Shown: one piece after another, positions 51,161 to 62,102 of the stretch
Layout of the letters: every line of letters starts with the position of its first letter
Numbering within the stretch: position 1 is the first letter of the stretch
NCBI GenBank assembly: GCA_963836755.1
Contig: CAWIKF010000002.1
Span: 704,001-768,000 of the forward strand
Reading direction: 5' to 3'
Length of the DNA stretch: 64,000 nucleotides
Source of the DNA: an uncultured Verrucomicrobiae bacterium
GTDB taxonomy: Bacteria > Verrucomicrobiota > Verrucomicrobiia > Chthoniobacterales > Chthoniobacteraceae
Notes under the pieces: generated by a model
Told to the model about the DNA's origin: nothing
Seen by the model: only the letters and a program-made list of their open reading frames with translations
The model's database searches: none
Program-made: the position numbers and the translations under genes

Positions 51161-52303
51161 TTAATGCGACTGTGACTGGCTTGACTGCAATGGGAGGTTT
51201 GTTGCCGTCTTTTGCAAATCGTGATCCAAGCCAGCGCCATCAAAAGGAATAACGATGATCTTGCTGCCGTGGTTGTCATTCCCATGTTCCTCTTCCTTCG
51301 GCACGTCGATGACAGCGAGAGTGACAGCGGCGACATGGCCGTTCTCGATATAAACACTCGCGCGTTCGAGTTTGTTCCAGTGATTAACGGTGCCGTCGGT
51401 GTAGCGCACAAAATCCCTAGCCTGATCATAAGCGAGTCCGCGAAAGGTCCAGCCGTTGATGCCATCAGTGGAGGTAAGATGATACGCTTTCCGGTCGCTC
51501 CAGTTGTTGACGACGATGTGATATAGGCCGCCGCTGAACCAGATGACAGGGTCTTCGAGGTGCTGCAGGCTATGCTTTGGAAGGTTGGCAATCCCGGGAT
51601 AAATGCTAGGACCTTGGACAGTGTAAGGACCTAGGATGCCATTCGTGCTGATCATGATGGCGCCGGAGCGCGGCACGATCTCGAAATTTCCATCGGGACG
51701 AATCATCATGCTCACGTTCGACATGCGTCCCAGTTTGCTGAATTCATTGTCGGCGACCTGAATCTTTCCAAGGTGTTCCCAAGGACCGTTCAAGGACTTG
51801 GAAACAAACACATCGCCCGGCCGCGTCTCACTAACTATGACGGCGTAGCGGCCATCCGGCAAAACCAACGCAATCACATTATGGCCTTGGCCGGTTTGAT
51901 TGTCTGGCCAACAAACTCCTTGGTCGATATAAGGGCCAGTCAGGCTGTCGCTGACGGCATGAATGGCTTTCGACCCGCCCCATTCAACACCCCTCGGCAT
52001 ATCTCCTTTATGTCCACCGGACTGGTCCCAGCGGCTTGCAAACAAATGATACACTCCGTCGCTTCCCTTGATGATCTTTCCATCCCAGTAGTTCCAATGT
52101 TTCATCGTCGCGTCTTCGAGACCGTTCTTCGGATCGCGAGGGCCCACAGTCGCTGCGCCCCACACAGTAGTGGATAGCGAACTTGTAATCGGCATCGGCA
52201 GGAAATAATCGATGAATGTCTTGCTGGTCTTGGGTTCCTGTCCAAAACCGGCGCAAAGGGTCGCCATGTAGGCAAAGCCTGCTAGCAGTGTTGCTGGATT
52301 CAA
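51161..52303 (-). CDS. Secreted beta-propeller glycoside hydrolase (GH43-like)
   Basis: YWDG, YHLFASRW, HAVSDSLTGPY, LEDPVIW, KLER. Confidence 0.7.
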   Translation of the reverse strand: MNPATLLAGFAYMATLCAGFGQEPKTSKTFIDYFLPMPITSSLSTTVWGAATVGPRDPKNGLEDATMKHWNYWDGKIIKGSDGVYHLFASRWDQSGGHKGDMPRGVEWGGSKAIHAVSDSLTGPYIDQGVCWPDNQTGQGHNVIALVLPDGRYAVIVSETRPGDVFVSKSLNGPWEHLGKIQVADNEFSKLGRMSNVSMMIRPDGNFEIVPRSGAIMISTNGILGPYTVQGPSIYPGIANLPKHSLQHLEDPVIWFSGGLYHIVVNNWSDRKAYHLTSTDGINGWTFRGLAYDQARDFVRYTDGTVNHWNKLERASVYIENGHVAAVTLAVIDVPKEEEHGNDNHGSKIIVIPFDGAGLDHDLQKTATNLPLQSSQSQSH

Positions 52304-52346
52304 AGTTCAACTATTCTTCGTGAGAAGGTGAATGCGCGGAAAAAAC

Positions 52347-54746
52347 TTATTCGATGCCCCATGACTTGTTCGGCTCGGGGCCCAGAACCAGCTCCAAAGT
52401 TCCTCCCGCGGTGATTTCCGAATAGTTGAGCCAGCAACGGTTGAATGGTTGTCCATTCAGTGTCGCTGACTGGATGTAGGGATTGGCTGGTGAATTGTTC
52501 TTCGCCGTAATGGTAAAGCTTTTGCCCGTGGCGTATTTCGGGTCAAACCTTAGCGTGATCTTGTCGAAGAGTGGCGTAGAAACCTCGAAGCGCGGATCAC
52601 CGGGATTCAACTGTGCAAGACCTATGGCGCTCAGCACATACCATGCAGACATTTGTCCCACATCGTCATCTCCGGGCAGACCTTCCGGGCCGATGTTATA
52701 AATGTTCTCTTCCTGGAGCACCCACTTTTGCGTCAGCCATGGCGCACCGGCGCGGTTAAAAAGATAAGCGATAAGTTCGGTCGGTTCATTGCCGGGATTG
52801 TTATAAGGACTCGACCACGATCTGCCGCCAGTCGGGTTCGGCTTTCCCATGTAGGGATTCCAACTGGTGTAGTCGGGAGAGCGCTTGAAGAAATCGTCGA
52901 GCTTCTCGACGAAAAGTTCCTTGCCGCCGAGCAAATCGATCAACCCCGGCACATCATTGTAAACCGTCCATCCAGTCTGGTAAACGCTCGACTCTCTTCC
53001 GCCCTTCGGAGATGTAAGACCAAGCCACGGCTCAAAGTTGCCGTTCCCATCCTTTACGCGAAACCAACCTTTCCACGCCGGTTTCGCATCCGTCCCGGCG
53101 GCATCGTAAGTCCACGCTTGGTTCGGATCGAACAAATGTTTGTAAGATAATGACGACTGCAAATACTTTTCCGCATCCTGCTTGTAACCGAGAGATAGTG
53201 CGAACTTACCGAGGTTCCACTCATCCACACCGTAGTCGATAGTCTCCGCAATCGATTCGCGGCGATAACCAGCGGCACCGTTCCCGTTCTTATATGTGGT
53301 GTTGACTGCATACTCGTAGGCCTTCTTGCTGTCAAAGTTACGGATGCCCTTCTGCCACGCGTCATTGATTACGGGCACTTCCGGGTTTCCAGTCATGACG
53401 CCGGTGTAGCTTCCCATGATCTCCCAGCGATCATAGAAATGCGTTCCATTGAGATCGGCAAGCGTGACCATGCTATTGATCTGGTCGTTGACAACGTCCG
53501 GAGCTACCAGCGTCAAAAGTGGATATTCACTCCGATAACCATCCCATCCACTGAAGAGTGTCCTATTCACAAAGGCGCTGGTCTTATGCGGCTTGTGGTC
53601 GCCGCCGGGGAAACTCCCGTCAAGGTCAGCGTAGATCATCGGGAAAAGCATCGCTCGGTAAAGCGCGCTATAGAATATCGTCTTATGATCTTCCGTCCCG
53701 CCCTCCACAGTCATCCGATCCAGCGCCTTCACCCACGACTCGCGCGCTTGACGATGCACGCCGTCGAAATCCCATGCCGGTATTTCCGCAGTGAGGTTCG
53801 CGCGCGCGCCATCGATGCTGACATAGGAGATGCCAGCTTTCACCATCACCACTTCGCCAGGCTTTGTCGGAAATTCCGCATAGAAACCGAGATGCTGCCC
53901 TTCCTTCTCGCGGCAATCAGGAATAACCGCTGCATTTTTACAAGCCTCGATGAATGCAGGATCACTCACAGTCTTGCCAGGGGCATGGTAAGGAACTTTG
54001 GCGTCATTCCAAACCTGCGGAAGCGTCGCGCTCCAGACACCTACCTTCGTTATAGGTCTGCTAAACTCCATGTGATAGTAGAGCGTGTAGGAAGTATGGC
54101 CGAAACGCCATCCGCCGCCCTGCCACGGACAATCGACCACACCTTCGATGGTATGATCGTCCGTCATCTTCACACTTTGGTGCAGCGAAGTCCCATCGTT
54201 GCGGTGCGAAAGGTCGATCTGAATGCGCGAAGCTGCATTCTCGGGAAAGGTAAAACGGAGCATCCCGCTATGCGGCGCAGCCGTCGCTTCCGCGCGAATA
54301 TTGTAGTCATCCAAGGTCACCGCGTAATACCCCGCGGAAGCAGTTTCGGTGTTCTTGGAAAAAGCCGAGCAATAGCCGGTCCCAGCCTTTCCCCGCTGTC
54401 CCCAATAAGTATGCAAAGGTCCCGTAGTCGCAGTCGTCAAAAGGTTCGCCAGCTCCGCGCCATCCGCGCCGCCGATGTGATTGAAGCTAAAGCCGCTCAG
54501 CGTTTTGTCGGAGTAATAATAGCTGACCACGCCGGCGGTCACGGTATCAGGACTCACCTTCGCCATGCCGAACGGCGTCGATGCGCCCGGAAAATCTTTT
54601 CCCTGACTTCCCGTGCCGATGAAAGGATCGATGTAATCCACAGGCTCCTTTGCAACAAGCGCGCAGAGGCCGTTGAAAAAAAGGAGCAGGAAGATAGCCG
54701 CCAGCGAGCGGCTATGACTGCGTGGAAACGAGGGGCAGATTCTCAT
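52347..54746 (-). CDS. GH92 alpha-mannosidase family protein
   Basis: YIDPFIGT, FPGASTPFGM, GYYAVTL, GNEP, GLPGDDDVGQMSAWYV. Confidence 0.92.
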   Translation of the reverse strand: MRICPSFPRSHSRSLAAIFLLLFFNGLCALVAKEPVDYIDPFIGTGSQGKDFPGASTPFGMAKVSPDTVTAGVVSYYYSDKTLSGFSFNHIGGADGAELANLLTTATTGPLHTYWGQRGKAGTGYCSAFSKNTETASAGYYAVTLDDYNIRAEATAAPHSGMLRFTFPENAASRIQIDLSHRNDGTSLHQSVKMTDDHTIEGVVDCPWQGGGWRFGHTSYTLYYHMEFSRPITKVGVWSATLPQVWNDAKVPYHAPGKTVSDPAFIEACKNAAVIPDCREKEGQHLGFYAEFPTKPGEVVMVKAGISYVSIDGARANLTAEIPAWDFDGVHRQARESWVKALDRMTVEGGTEDHKTIFYSALYRAMLFPMIYADLDGSFPGGDHKPHKTSAFVNRTLFSGWDGYRSEYPLLTLVAPDVVNDQINSMVTLADLNGTHFYDRWEIMGSYTGVMTGNPEVPVINDAWQKGIRNFDSKKAYEYAVNTTYKNGNGAAGYRRESIAETIDYGVDEWNLGKFALSLGYKQDAEKYLQSSLSYKHLFDPNQAWTYDAAGTDAKPAWKGWFRVKDGNGNFEPWLGLTSPKGGRESSVYQTGWTVYNDVPGLIDLLGGKELFVEKLDDFFKRSPDYTSWNPYMGKPNPTGGRSWSSPYNNPGNEPTELIAYLFNRAGAPWLTQKWVLQEENIYNIGPEGLPGDDDVGQMSAWYVLSAIGLAQLNPGDPRFEVSTPLFDKITLRFDPKYATGKSFTITAKNNSPANPYIQSATLNGQPFNRCWLNYSEITAGGTLELVLGPEPNKSWGIE

Positions 54747-54825
54747 GAGTCTCAGGCTAATGGATGCGTGACCGATGACAACCAGTTCTTGAAGGAGTGA
54801 TGCGGTTCACGGAAGCGAGCAGAGC

Positions 54826-57466
54826 TTAATGTTCAATCGTCGCTGACAGGTCGTCGACCGAGAGGCTATGGATTCCAGACGCAACCTGAACCTTCCAATG
54901 CAGCGTCGATTCCGCATCACGGTCCAGCTTGACCTGCTGCGACTGCACCGGTTGCCCATCAATCGATACTGTGACTGGGCAAGAGCCGCGGAGGCTGCCG
55001 ATGTTGCGGGCAGTCACGGTGACCGAACAGAGCCCGGCGGTATCAGTTTGGGCTTGCAGATCACGACACTCCAAAAGGGGGCCATACCGGCACTTACTCA
55101 AGATGGTGCAGTGGTTATTTCCTCCGCTGAAATGCCAGAGCCAGCCGTCCTTTACAATCGTCTGACCCGGGAACACGGACCCATTCGTCGCCGTGAAATC
55201 TTCGGGCGCATCTGTGGGAGCATTGCCATACCAATCGGTTAGCCACGGAAGATCGCAACGCCAAAGAACCTTCGTCGGATCCGACCCGCTTAGAACTCCC
55301 TCGCCGATGGAGCAAAGGCGGTTGCCGACGATTCCCTTGCCACGAGGTTTTCCTTCGTTTACGCCGATTTGGGATTCGAAACGGATGTTGTTGTCGGAAT
55401 CAACGAAGATGTCGCCCGAGCACTCATGGTCCGTGCACCAAGCGTCCCGGCTGCCTCTCAGGTTGGCGCTGCCGGCCTTGATCCACTGGTGTAGGTCGGT
55501 GGAAAGATCGATAGCCCCTTCCTCAATCATCGTGACGTAGCGATAAGGCGTGCCTTCAAATTGGATGGCAGGAATAGCGGGGTCATCCTGGGTGTCGATA
55601 AACCCACCCATCTTGCCCGGAGTTTTTCCCATGTTGAGAAGCCACGGAACGCTCCAGTGGATGAAGTCCGAACTGGAGCACATCACTTCTCCACCTGGCC
55701 GTTTGCCGGGCTTGAGCTTCGCCTGAATCTCCGGCGGCAGCGGGAAGGTGTTAATATGGGAGTTCTCTTCCAGATAGACCTGATCGCTTCCTTTGGGCCA
55801 GATCAAATCGGGATCCTCCTTGCTGTCACCGCCAGATTCCCTCGGAAAGATGGGGTTGGCCGGACTTTTTATCCAATGGATTCCATCGGCACTCGTGGCG
55901 AGGCCAAGTTCACTGTTGGGAGGACCATTCGGCGGAGCAGCCTTCGCATTTCCCCGATAAACCATATGCCATGTGCCGTTCCGCACGACGACGGCTGGGT
56001 TGAAGGCTCCTTTCGCGTCCCAAGACCCCGGCGCTCCGGGACGAAGCACGATCCGGAGACTGTCCGGGTCCCATTTATAGACGAGCTTGTTAAGAAGACG
56101 GAGGGATACTTTGTCGAAACTTGCTTTTCCCGACAAAGAAACCACCACGGGATGATCAGGCGTGCGGACATCGCTCAGATCGCGTAGCGTCACGGCGGGC
56201 GAACCATCAGAGGGAGCGAGAGTCGCCATGATGCAACCGGAGCGGCGTGAATAGGCGAGTTTCAACTCAAACGCGGTTCCGGGCGGGAGCGTGATCGGCT
56301 TGGCGGCGATTTCCCAAGTGATGGCATCGCCCTCCGTGCGTTCGTTCCAGCCCTCTACCTGATAAGCCTTCGGCGTGACGTCAAAGATGGAGTAGCGGTT
56401 GGATCCTTCCACCTTCCGTTCGAGGCGGAGTTCGCTGCGGGTCAGATCAACAACGGCACAAAGTTGCGTGCCGTCATCGGCTTGGAATCCTACTCCCATC
56501 ACAGAATCCGCGCCGCCGGGTTTGATGCGCACCGAAAGCTCGCCTTCGGTTTTGTCGAGACGGATTGTTTTGCGCATGGCCAAACCGGGCCCGGCTGCTT
56601 CGAGACCCGGAGCTGTCGCCGCCTTTGGAAATCGTCATTCCCTTCAGCAGCCATGTGTCGGGATTCAGCGAGGAGAAATCCTCGGAAAACTCGCTGAACG
56701 GATAGGGAGGCGGAGGACCAACGACGAAGGAAAACATGTTCGAGGGTTGCAGTTTTCCATCCGCTCGCGCGGCGATGACGCGCCAGTGGTGGGGACCGGC
56801 CGCGAGACCGGTCGTCTGGAAGGACGCAGCCGAAGCATCCACCGATTTCACGACCGAGCCGTCCACCTCGACTTGATACTTTCCCGCCTGCGGCAAGGGA
56901 TTCCAGCGGAGGAGGACATCGCCGGTGGTCTGACATGAGCCGTTAGGGGAAAGCAGGGTGAAACCATGCACAGGCGTCAGAGTGATGCGCGCCAGCGCGA
57001 GGTCTGAACCGCTGGATGCAGGATTCTTCCCGCTCACGCGAAAGCGAAACGAGTTGTTTGTAGCTTTGAGGAACGTCACCTCGCCGAAGGAAACCGTCGC
57101 GAGCGATTCACCGGCCGACGCGTAGCAATCCACCGGCTCACCCACCGGGTCGCCATTCACCTGTAGCTGGCAAATCCCTTTGTCCGGCCCTTTGAGCAGG
57201 CCGACATCCACGCGGTAAGTCCCCGGTTGATCGACCTGTATGAAAAACTCCCCCCAAACGCCGGCTTTCTCAGCATGGAGCACGCTTACGGCGCTCCCGT
57301 CTGGATTCTCCCGGCGGAGCAGTTGATTCGGCGGAAAGGAATTGAAAGGAAGCTCAGCGCATTTCTCCGAAAGCTCGCGGGCCTTCTGATCCTGCGCTAA
57401 TACACGCGTGGCATCGACGGTGACAAACAGCAAAAGAGCTGTGGTCATTACTAATTTCGGGTTCAT
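54826..57466 (-). pseudogene. Secreted multidomain glycosidase (CBM-like + beta-propeller GH130/GH32-like + Ig-like), +1 frameshift near 56607
   Basis: The ORFs 56474-57466 and 54826-56583 join as ...GGDSS-GLEAAGPGLAMRK if one G is removed; WDAKGAFNPAVV, LGLATSADGIHW, EDP. Confidence 0.7.
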
Positions 57467-57609
57467 AGGGAGGTTCCAGGACGGATGTATTTTTGCGCCT
57501 GCAAGGGGAAAGACGCCCTATAAACAAGTCAGGGCACCGAAAGTTGCAGCGAAGTAAAACTCTGAGCGCGAGTCAAAGTCGGCCGCACCAAGAGAGCCCT
57601 TCGAAAACT

Positions 57610-58371
57610 CTAATTCCCGCTCGCCCATTGAATCGCCCCCAGGATATGAGAGGCGAATATCGGATCATCGAAAGACCCTTCATGGCCGAAGGACGTGAAA
57701 AAAGCCCGGCCACCATCATAGGTGTGATACCAGGCGGCGGGATAGGCGGGATCCTGCAGATCCAGATCCCGTAGCTTCCGGCCATCGACCGTCAAGACGA
57801 CGTGCAAGCCGGAGCCCATGTTTTTGAAACGAAAGTATTGATCCTTGTGAGCAAAGTCTGACGGCAGCCCCGCGGTGGAAGGGTGGGTGGCGTCCATCAC
57901 ATGAATCGGGGCCGGTTCGAAATGCCTGTCCCCTGCGGAGGAAGCGCCGACCAGGCCGGCAAACCAAGGCCAGCTCTTTTCGCAATCGACCACCGCATGA
58001 ACGCCGACAAAGGCCCCGCCGCCCTCGATATATTGCTTGAGAGCTTGTTGCTGGGCGGCGTCGAGCACTTCTCCACACGCATTCAGGAAGACAAGCACCT
58101 TGTATGGCTTGAGCCCTTCTGGCGTGAAAACCGATGCGTCGGAGTTGATATCCGCCGTGAAACCATGCGCCGGACCGAGAGCTTGCAAGGCAGTGCTCGC
58201 CGCTGGAATCCCTTTGTCGTGATATGCCTTGAATGTTTTGTTAAAAATCAAGATCCGATACGGCTCCGCGGCTGTCCCCCGCACGGTCGATAAACAAAGA
58301 AGGCTGCATGCGATCAGGCGAAGAACGGCGCGAATAGTCATGACAGTGTTAGGCTTTCCAAAGGTGCTCAT
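57610..58371 (-). CDS. ThuA-domain protein
   Basis: ILIFNKT..YH, GGAFVGVH, GGRAFFTSFGH. Confidence 0.85.
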   Translation of the reverse strand: MSTFGKPNTVMTIRAVLRLIACSLLCLSTVRGTAAEPYRILIFNKTFKAYHDKGIPAASTALQALGPAHGFTADINSDASVFTPEGLKPYKVLVFLNACGEVLDAAQQQALKQYIEGGGAFVGVHAVVDCEKSWPWFAGLVGASSAGDRHFEPAPIHVMDATHPSTAGLPSDFAHKDQYFRFKNMGSGLHVVLTVDGRKLRDLDLQDPAYPAAWYHTYDGGRAFFTSFGHEGSFDDPIFASHILGAIQWASGN

Positions 58372-59243
58372 CAGTTACTCAAGTTCAGAACCACGGGCGA
58401 GGGCGATGGTGTGGCGTCCTTCGGCTCTTCCATTCCTCCCGCCCACCGGACGGCCGATAGCATCAGCACCCGCATCTCCGGTTCCAGGAAAGATTCTGCA
58501 AAGTGGCCCATCGCCGAGTAGAAAACCCGCCCTCCTTCAAACTCATGGCACCAGCAGATCACATGCGGCGCGACGATGGCGGCAGGATCGCCAACCGGAG
58601 GAACCGGCCCACCCTTCGTCCCTTTCTCCACGATCCCATCTCCATGCCATCGCGTCTCGCTGACCGTGAGGAGCGGCGTTACATGCGCAGGCTCGGGCTT
58701 GAACGTATACCATTCATCCGTGCGGCTCCAGGAAGGCGGCAGGCCCCGCACCGCTGGTTCAGCGCGATCCACCACCGTGACCGTCGCCTTTTGCACCCAT
58801 GGATGACTCAGGAACTTTGCTCCCAACAATTGCTGATACCATGGCCACGCCTTTTCCGCCGTGGAGGCCCCGTGCAATCCCACGAATCCCCCGCCGCCAT
58901 GGATATAGTCCATCAACGCAGTCCGCTGCTCCGGCGAGAAAAGATCGCCGCTATTGTTGAGGAAAATCAATACGCGATAAGGCTTCAATCCCTCCGCGGT
59001 GAATCGAGCGGAGTCATCAGTCTGGTCCACCGTCATGTGGTCGGCCTCCAGCACACTGGCGAGGTTCTTCGCCGAGATGGGTGTCATCTTATGCACGTAG
59101 CCGGTCATCTTCGTAAAGATCAGCACGCGAGGTTGCTCCGCGGCCTCCATGCCAGCAGTAAGGACGCACGTAAGAGCGACCATCAGGATGACCCATCGGA
59201 TGGAAGCTCTCGCCCGGGAGTTCGCAGGGGGATTAGTCTTCAT
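58371..59243 (-). CDS. ThuA-domain protein
   Basis: VLIFTKMTGYVH, GGGFVGLH, TDEWY, GGRVFYSAMGH. Confidence 0.85.
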   Translation of the reverse strand: MKTNPPANSRARASIRWVILMVALTCVLTAGMEAAEQPRVLIFTKMTGYVHKMTPISAKNLASVLEADHMTVDQTDDSARFTAEGLKPYRVLIFLNNSGDLFSPEQRTALMDYIHGGGGFVGLHGASTAEKAWPWYQQLLGAKFLSHPWVQKATVTVVDRAEPAVRGLPPSWSRTDEWYTFKPEPAHVTPLLTVSETRWHGDGIVEKGTKGGPVPPVGDPAAIVAPHVICWCHEFEGGRVFYSAMGHFAESFLEPEMRVLMLSAVRWAGGMEEPKDATPSPSPVVLNLSN

Positions 59244-59421
59244 AGGCTGTAGCAGCTTTGTATCTGACAAAGGTTCGTGAGGGAGCTAGCTGAGGGCGCC
59301 GTCTTAGGCGGTTGGATCGACTTTATAAACAGTCGACTTCTGAGCGATAGGATACCACCAGGGAAGTGTAAACAACAAAGCATCACCGAGACGAACGCCG
59401 CCCGCTTGCGATATGCTTCAC

Positions 59422-59462
59422 AAAAAAAAAGAGCGGCAGCCCCTCTCAAAAGGCTGCCGCTC
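59422..59462 (-). terminator. Intrinsic terminator after the FN3 gene
   Basis: GAGCGGCAGCC/GGCTGCCGCTC stem followed by T9 on the minus strand. Confidence 0.85.
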
Positions 59463-59488
59463 CCACTCAACTCAAAACTTTTACGCGA

Positions 59489-60535
59489 TTACCTGCGCGC
59501 GATCTCCGGATGAATGTTGCTGGGGCCATTCGCATGACCGTTTCCATTGGCAGAGCCATTGCCATTCGAGATGGGCGCGGGCTCGGCTGCCACGACTTTC
59601 ACCTCAGCCACCTTCTCCAGCGGCAGCGTGAAAACAATGGGATCACTCGGCACGCCTTGCAGATTCCCATTCACCGCCTGCACGATGATCTGCACCGGCT
59701 TGCCCGGCACGTAGCCAGACAATGACGCCATCGGCTGCGTCGTGCTTGCGGCTAAAATGTAGTCGGTCTGCAAGCCCACCAGCAGCGTCCGCCAGCGATA
59801 ACGCTTTGCCAGCGGCACCGCGTGGCATTGCACGATGATCGCGCCAGTGCCGTCAGTCGTCGCCGTCACATTCACCGGCTTGCCCGGAGTGGAAGGCGTC
59901 GCCGGCGATGTCAGGCCAAAGTCGGGCCAGCGCGGGTCGTCGGCAGCCATCGTCGAAAGGAGGATGCCGATCAAACTCCGCATCGTGCCGATGAGAGTAT
60001 CATAGGCCGTGTTCCATTGCGTGGTGAGCGTATCAAAGGCCGACTGCTCATCCTTGAGCGCCTGCTTCGCGGTGGAAAGCGCCGTCTGCAGCGCTGTCCC
60101 CTGCGCCGCGGTCACCTTCGTCTTTGGCACCTCATAGCTTGGGTTGCTGGTCAGGAAAGCAGTCATCGCCATTCCTAGCGAAGCCTGTTTGCCGATCGTG
60201 CCCGGGATTTCCAGCGAGGGCGAGATGAAGCCGACCGCGATCCATTGCGAGTTCCATTGATTGCCAAAGGAGCTGCAGAGCGCGTTCTTTACCACCAGCA
60301 GCCACGCCGCGAGATCGGCCTGCGCCGCCTGCACCGCGTCGCTCAAACCCTGGCGCTTGGTGCGCTCGGCATTGTAGCTGGCATCGACTGCGAGGAAGGC
60401 CGCGAGCTGTGTCGCGATCTCCGCCGGGGTTACCTGTGTTAGTTTTAAAGCCGACGCCCATTTGGTGAGGCCCGCTTCCATGTCATTCCCCAGCTCGTCG
60501 AGCTGGGCCGTTGTTAATGTAGATATATCGATCAT
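59489..60535 (-). CDS. Helical-repeat protein with C-terminal fibronectin type III-like domain
   Basis: Two Ala-rich helical halves ending W..xG[FL]; PGKPVNVTAT...VQAVN...G.PS FN3 pattern; no signal peptide. Confidence 0.7.
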   Translation of the reverse strand: MIDISTLTTAQLDELGNDMEAGLTKWASALKLTQVTPAEIATQLAAFLAVDASYNAERTKRQGLSDAVQAAQADLAAWLLVVKNALCSSFGNQWNSQWIAVGFISPSLEIPGTIGKQASLGMAMTAFLTSNPSYEVPKTKVTAAQGTALQTALSTAKQALKDEQSAFDTLTTQWNTAYDTLIGTMRSLIGILLSTMAADDPRWPDFGLTSPATPSTPGKPVNVTATTDGTGAIIVQCHAVPLAKRYRWRTLLVGLQTDYILAASTTQPMASLSGYVPGKPVQIIVQAVNGNLQGVPSDPIVFTLPLEKVAEVKVVAAEPAPISNGNGSANGNGHANGPSNIHPEIARR

Positions 60536-60552
60536 ACTAGGTGCAGAGACTT

Positions 60553-60568
60553 AGCAGGCACCGTGCCA
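60553..60568 (-). promoter_or_regulatory. Candidate sigma54 promoter of the FN3 gene
   Basis: Minus strand reads TGGCACGGTGCCTGCT (TGGCACG-N4-CTGC), 18 nt before the ATG. Confidence 0.6.
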
Positions 60569-60675
60569 CATCGAGATGAGTTAAAAGTGAAGAGTTAGGA
60601 GCTACGAACCAGCTCCACGAGCCAGAAGCTACTCCAGCCAACCCCACGATAGCTCTCCCGAGCGTCCAGACGCCC

Positions 60676-61011
60676 TATCTGGACTGCAAAACAGCATCTG
60701 GCGCCGCCAGACGCCTTTTTGAAGCCACAAATTCTCATCTGGCGCCGCCAGACGGCATTTTGAAGCCACAAATTCTCATCTGGCGCGGCCAGACGGCGTT
60801 TTGAAGCCACAAATTCTCATCTGGCGCGGCCAGACGGCGTTTTGAAGCCACAAATTCTCATCTGGCGCGGCCAGACGGCGTTTTGAAGCCACAAATTCTC
60901 ATCTGGCGCGGCCAGACGGCGTTTTGAAGCCACAAATTCTCATCTGGCGCGGCCAGACGCCATTTTGAAGCCACAAATTCTCATCTGGCGCCGCCAGACG
61001 CCGTTTTGAAG
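60676..61011 (+). repeat. Array F: 7-8 near-perfect 41-nt units with internal palindrome TCTGGC-N3-GCCAGA
   Basis: GAAG at 60721, 60762, 60803, 60844, 60885, 60926, 60967, 61008. Confidence 0.95.
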
Positions 61012-61049
61012 TCTCGAACCCGCTCCACGCCGGACTGGGGGCCGCGCGT

Positions 61050-62066
61050 TTACCCTGAGTCGAGCGGACTGCGCACGCCGAGGCCCGGCTTGTTGAGCAC
61101 ATGGGTGTAGATCATCGTCGTCGAGACATCGCGGTGGCCGAGAAGCTCCTGCACCGTGCGAATGTCGTAGCCATTCTCCAGCAGGTGCGTGGCAAAGCTG
61201 TGCCGGAAGGTGTGGCAGCTCGCCGCCTTGGCGATGCCGGCCTCTCGGATCGCCCGCTTCACCGCGCGCTGGAGGGTGCTTTCATCGAGATGATGCCGCC
61301 GCTCCACGCCCGTGCGCCCGTCCAGCCCCGGCCGCGGATCATGCGAGCGCTGGGCGGAGGGGAAGACATATTGCCACGCCCACGCGCGCCCGGCTTCTGG
61401 ATACTTCCGCGCGAGCGCGAAAGGGAGATATACCTCGCCAAAGCCCTTCCGCACATCGTCCGCGTGCAGGTTTTTCACCTCCTCGAGATGTGCGCGCAGG
61501 CGGGGAATCAACCGCTCCGGCAGCATCGTGACCCGATCCTTGAACCCCTTGCCATCGCGCACCGTGATCTGGTGGTAGCCAAAGTCGATGTCCTTCACGC
61601 GCAGCCGCACGCATTCCATGAGCCGCAGGCCACTGCCATATAATAAGAGCGCCATGATGCGCGGCACCCCGGTCAGCTTCCCGAGGATGGCGCGCGACTC
61701 CGCGCTCGTGAGCACCACCGGCACGCGCACCGGCATCTTCGAGCGCTCAATGTCCGCGATCCAGCCGAGCTCCTGCTTTAAAACCTCGCGGTAGAGGAAA
61801 AGAATCGCGCTGAAAGCCTGGTTCTGGGTCGATGCCGCCACCGCGCCCTCCACGGCCAGATGGCTGAGGAACGCGCGCACCTCCGGCTCCCCCATCTCGC
61901 GCGGATGGCGTTTCCCGTGGAAAAGGATGAAGCGGCGGATCCAAGCGAGATAAGCCTCCTCGGTGCGGATGCTGTAGTGCTTGAAGCGGATGACCTCGCG
62001 CACCTGCTCGATTAATTTTAATCTCGGCTTGCCCCCTATGCCCGAAACTAATAATCTAGCCTCCAT
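61050..62066 (-). CDS. intI: Integron integrase
   Basis: [35 protein letters not shown]...WQYVFP...RRHHL (integron-specific insert), [21 protein letters not shown]. Confidence 0.97.
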   Translation of the reverse strand: MEARLLVSGIGGKPRLKLIEQVREVIRFKHYSIRTEEAYLAWIRRFILFHGKRHPREMGEPEVRAFLSHLAVEGAVAASTQNQAFSAILFLYREVLKQELGWIADIERSKMPVRVPVVLTSAESRAILGKLTGVPRIMALLLYGSGLRLMECVRLRVKDIDFGYHQITVRDGKGFKDRVTMLPERLIPRLRAHLEEVKNLHADDVRKGFGEVYLPFALARKYPEAGRAWAWQYVFPSAQRSHDPRPGLDGRTGVERRHHLDESTLQRAVKRAIREAGIAKAASCHTFRHSFATHLLENGYDIRTVQELLGHRDVSTTMIYTHVLNKPGLGVRSPLDSG

Positions 62067-62102
62067 GCGCCGCTTTATAACACGACATAAAGGGAAAACG
62101 CA

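Noticed and set aside
9515..61011. Arrays as CRISPR loci
   Set aside because: Units are head-to-tail without unique spacers, and no cas genes are in the window.
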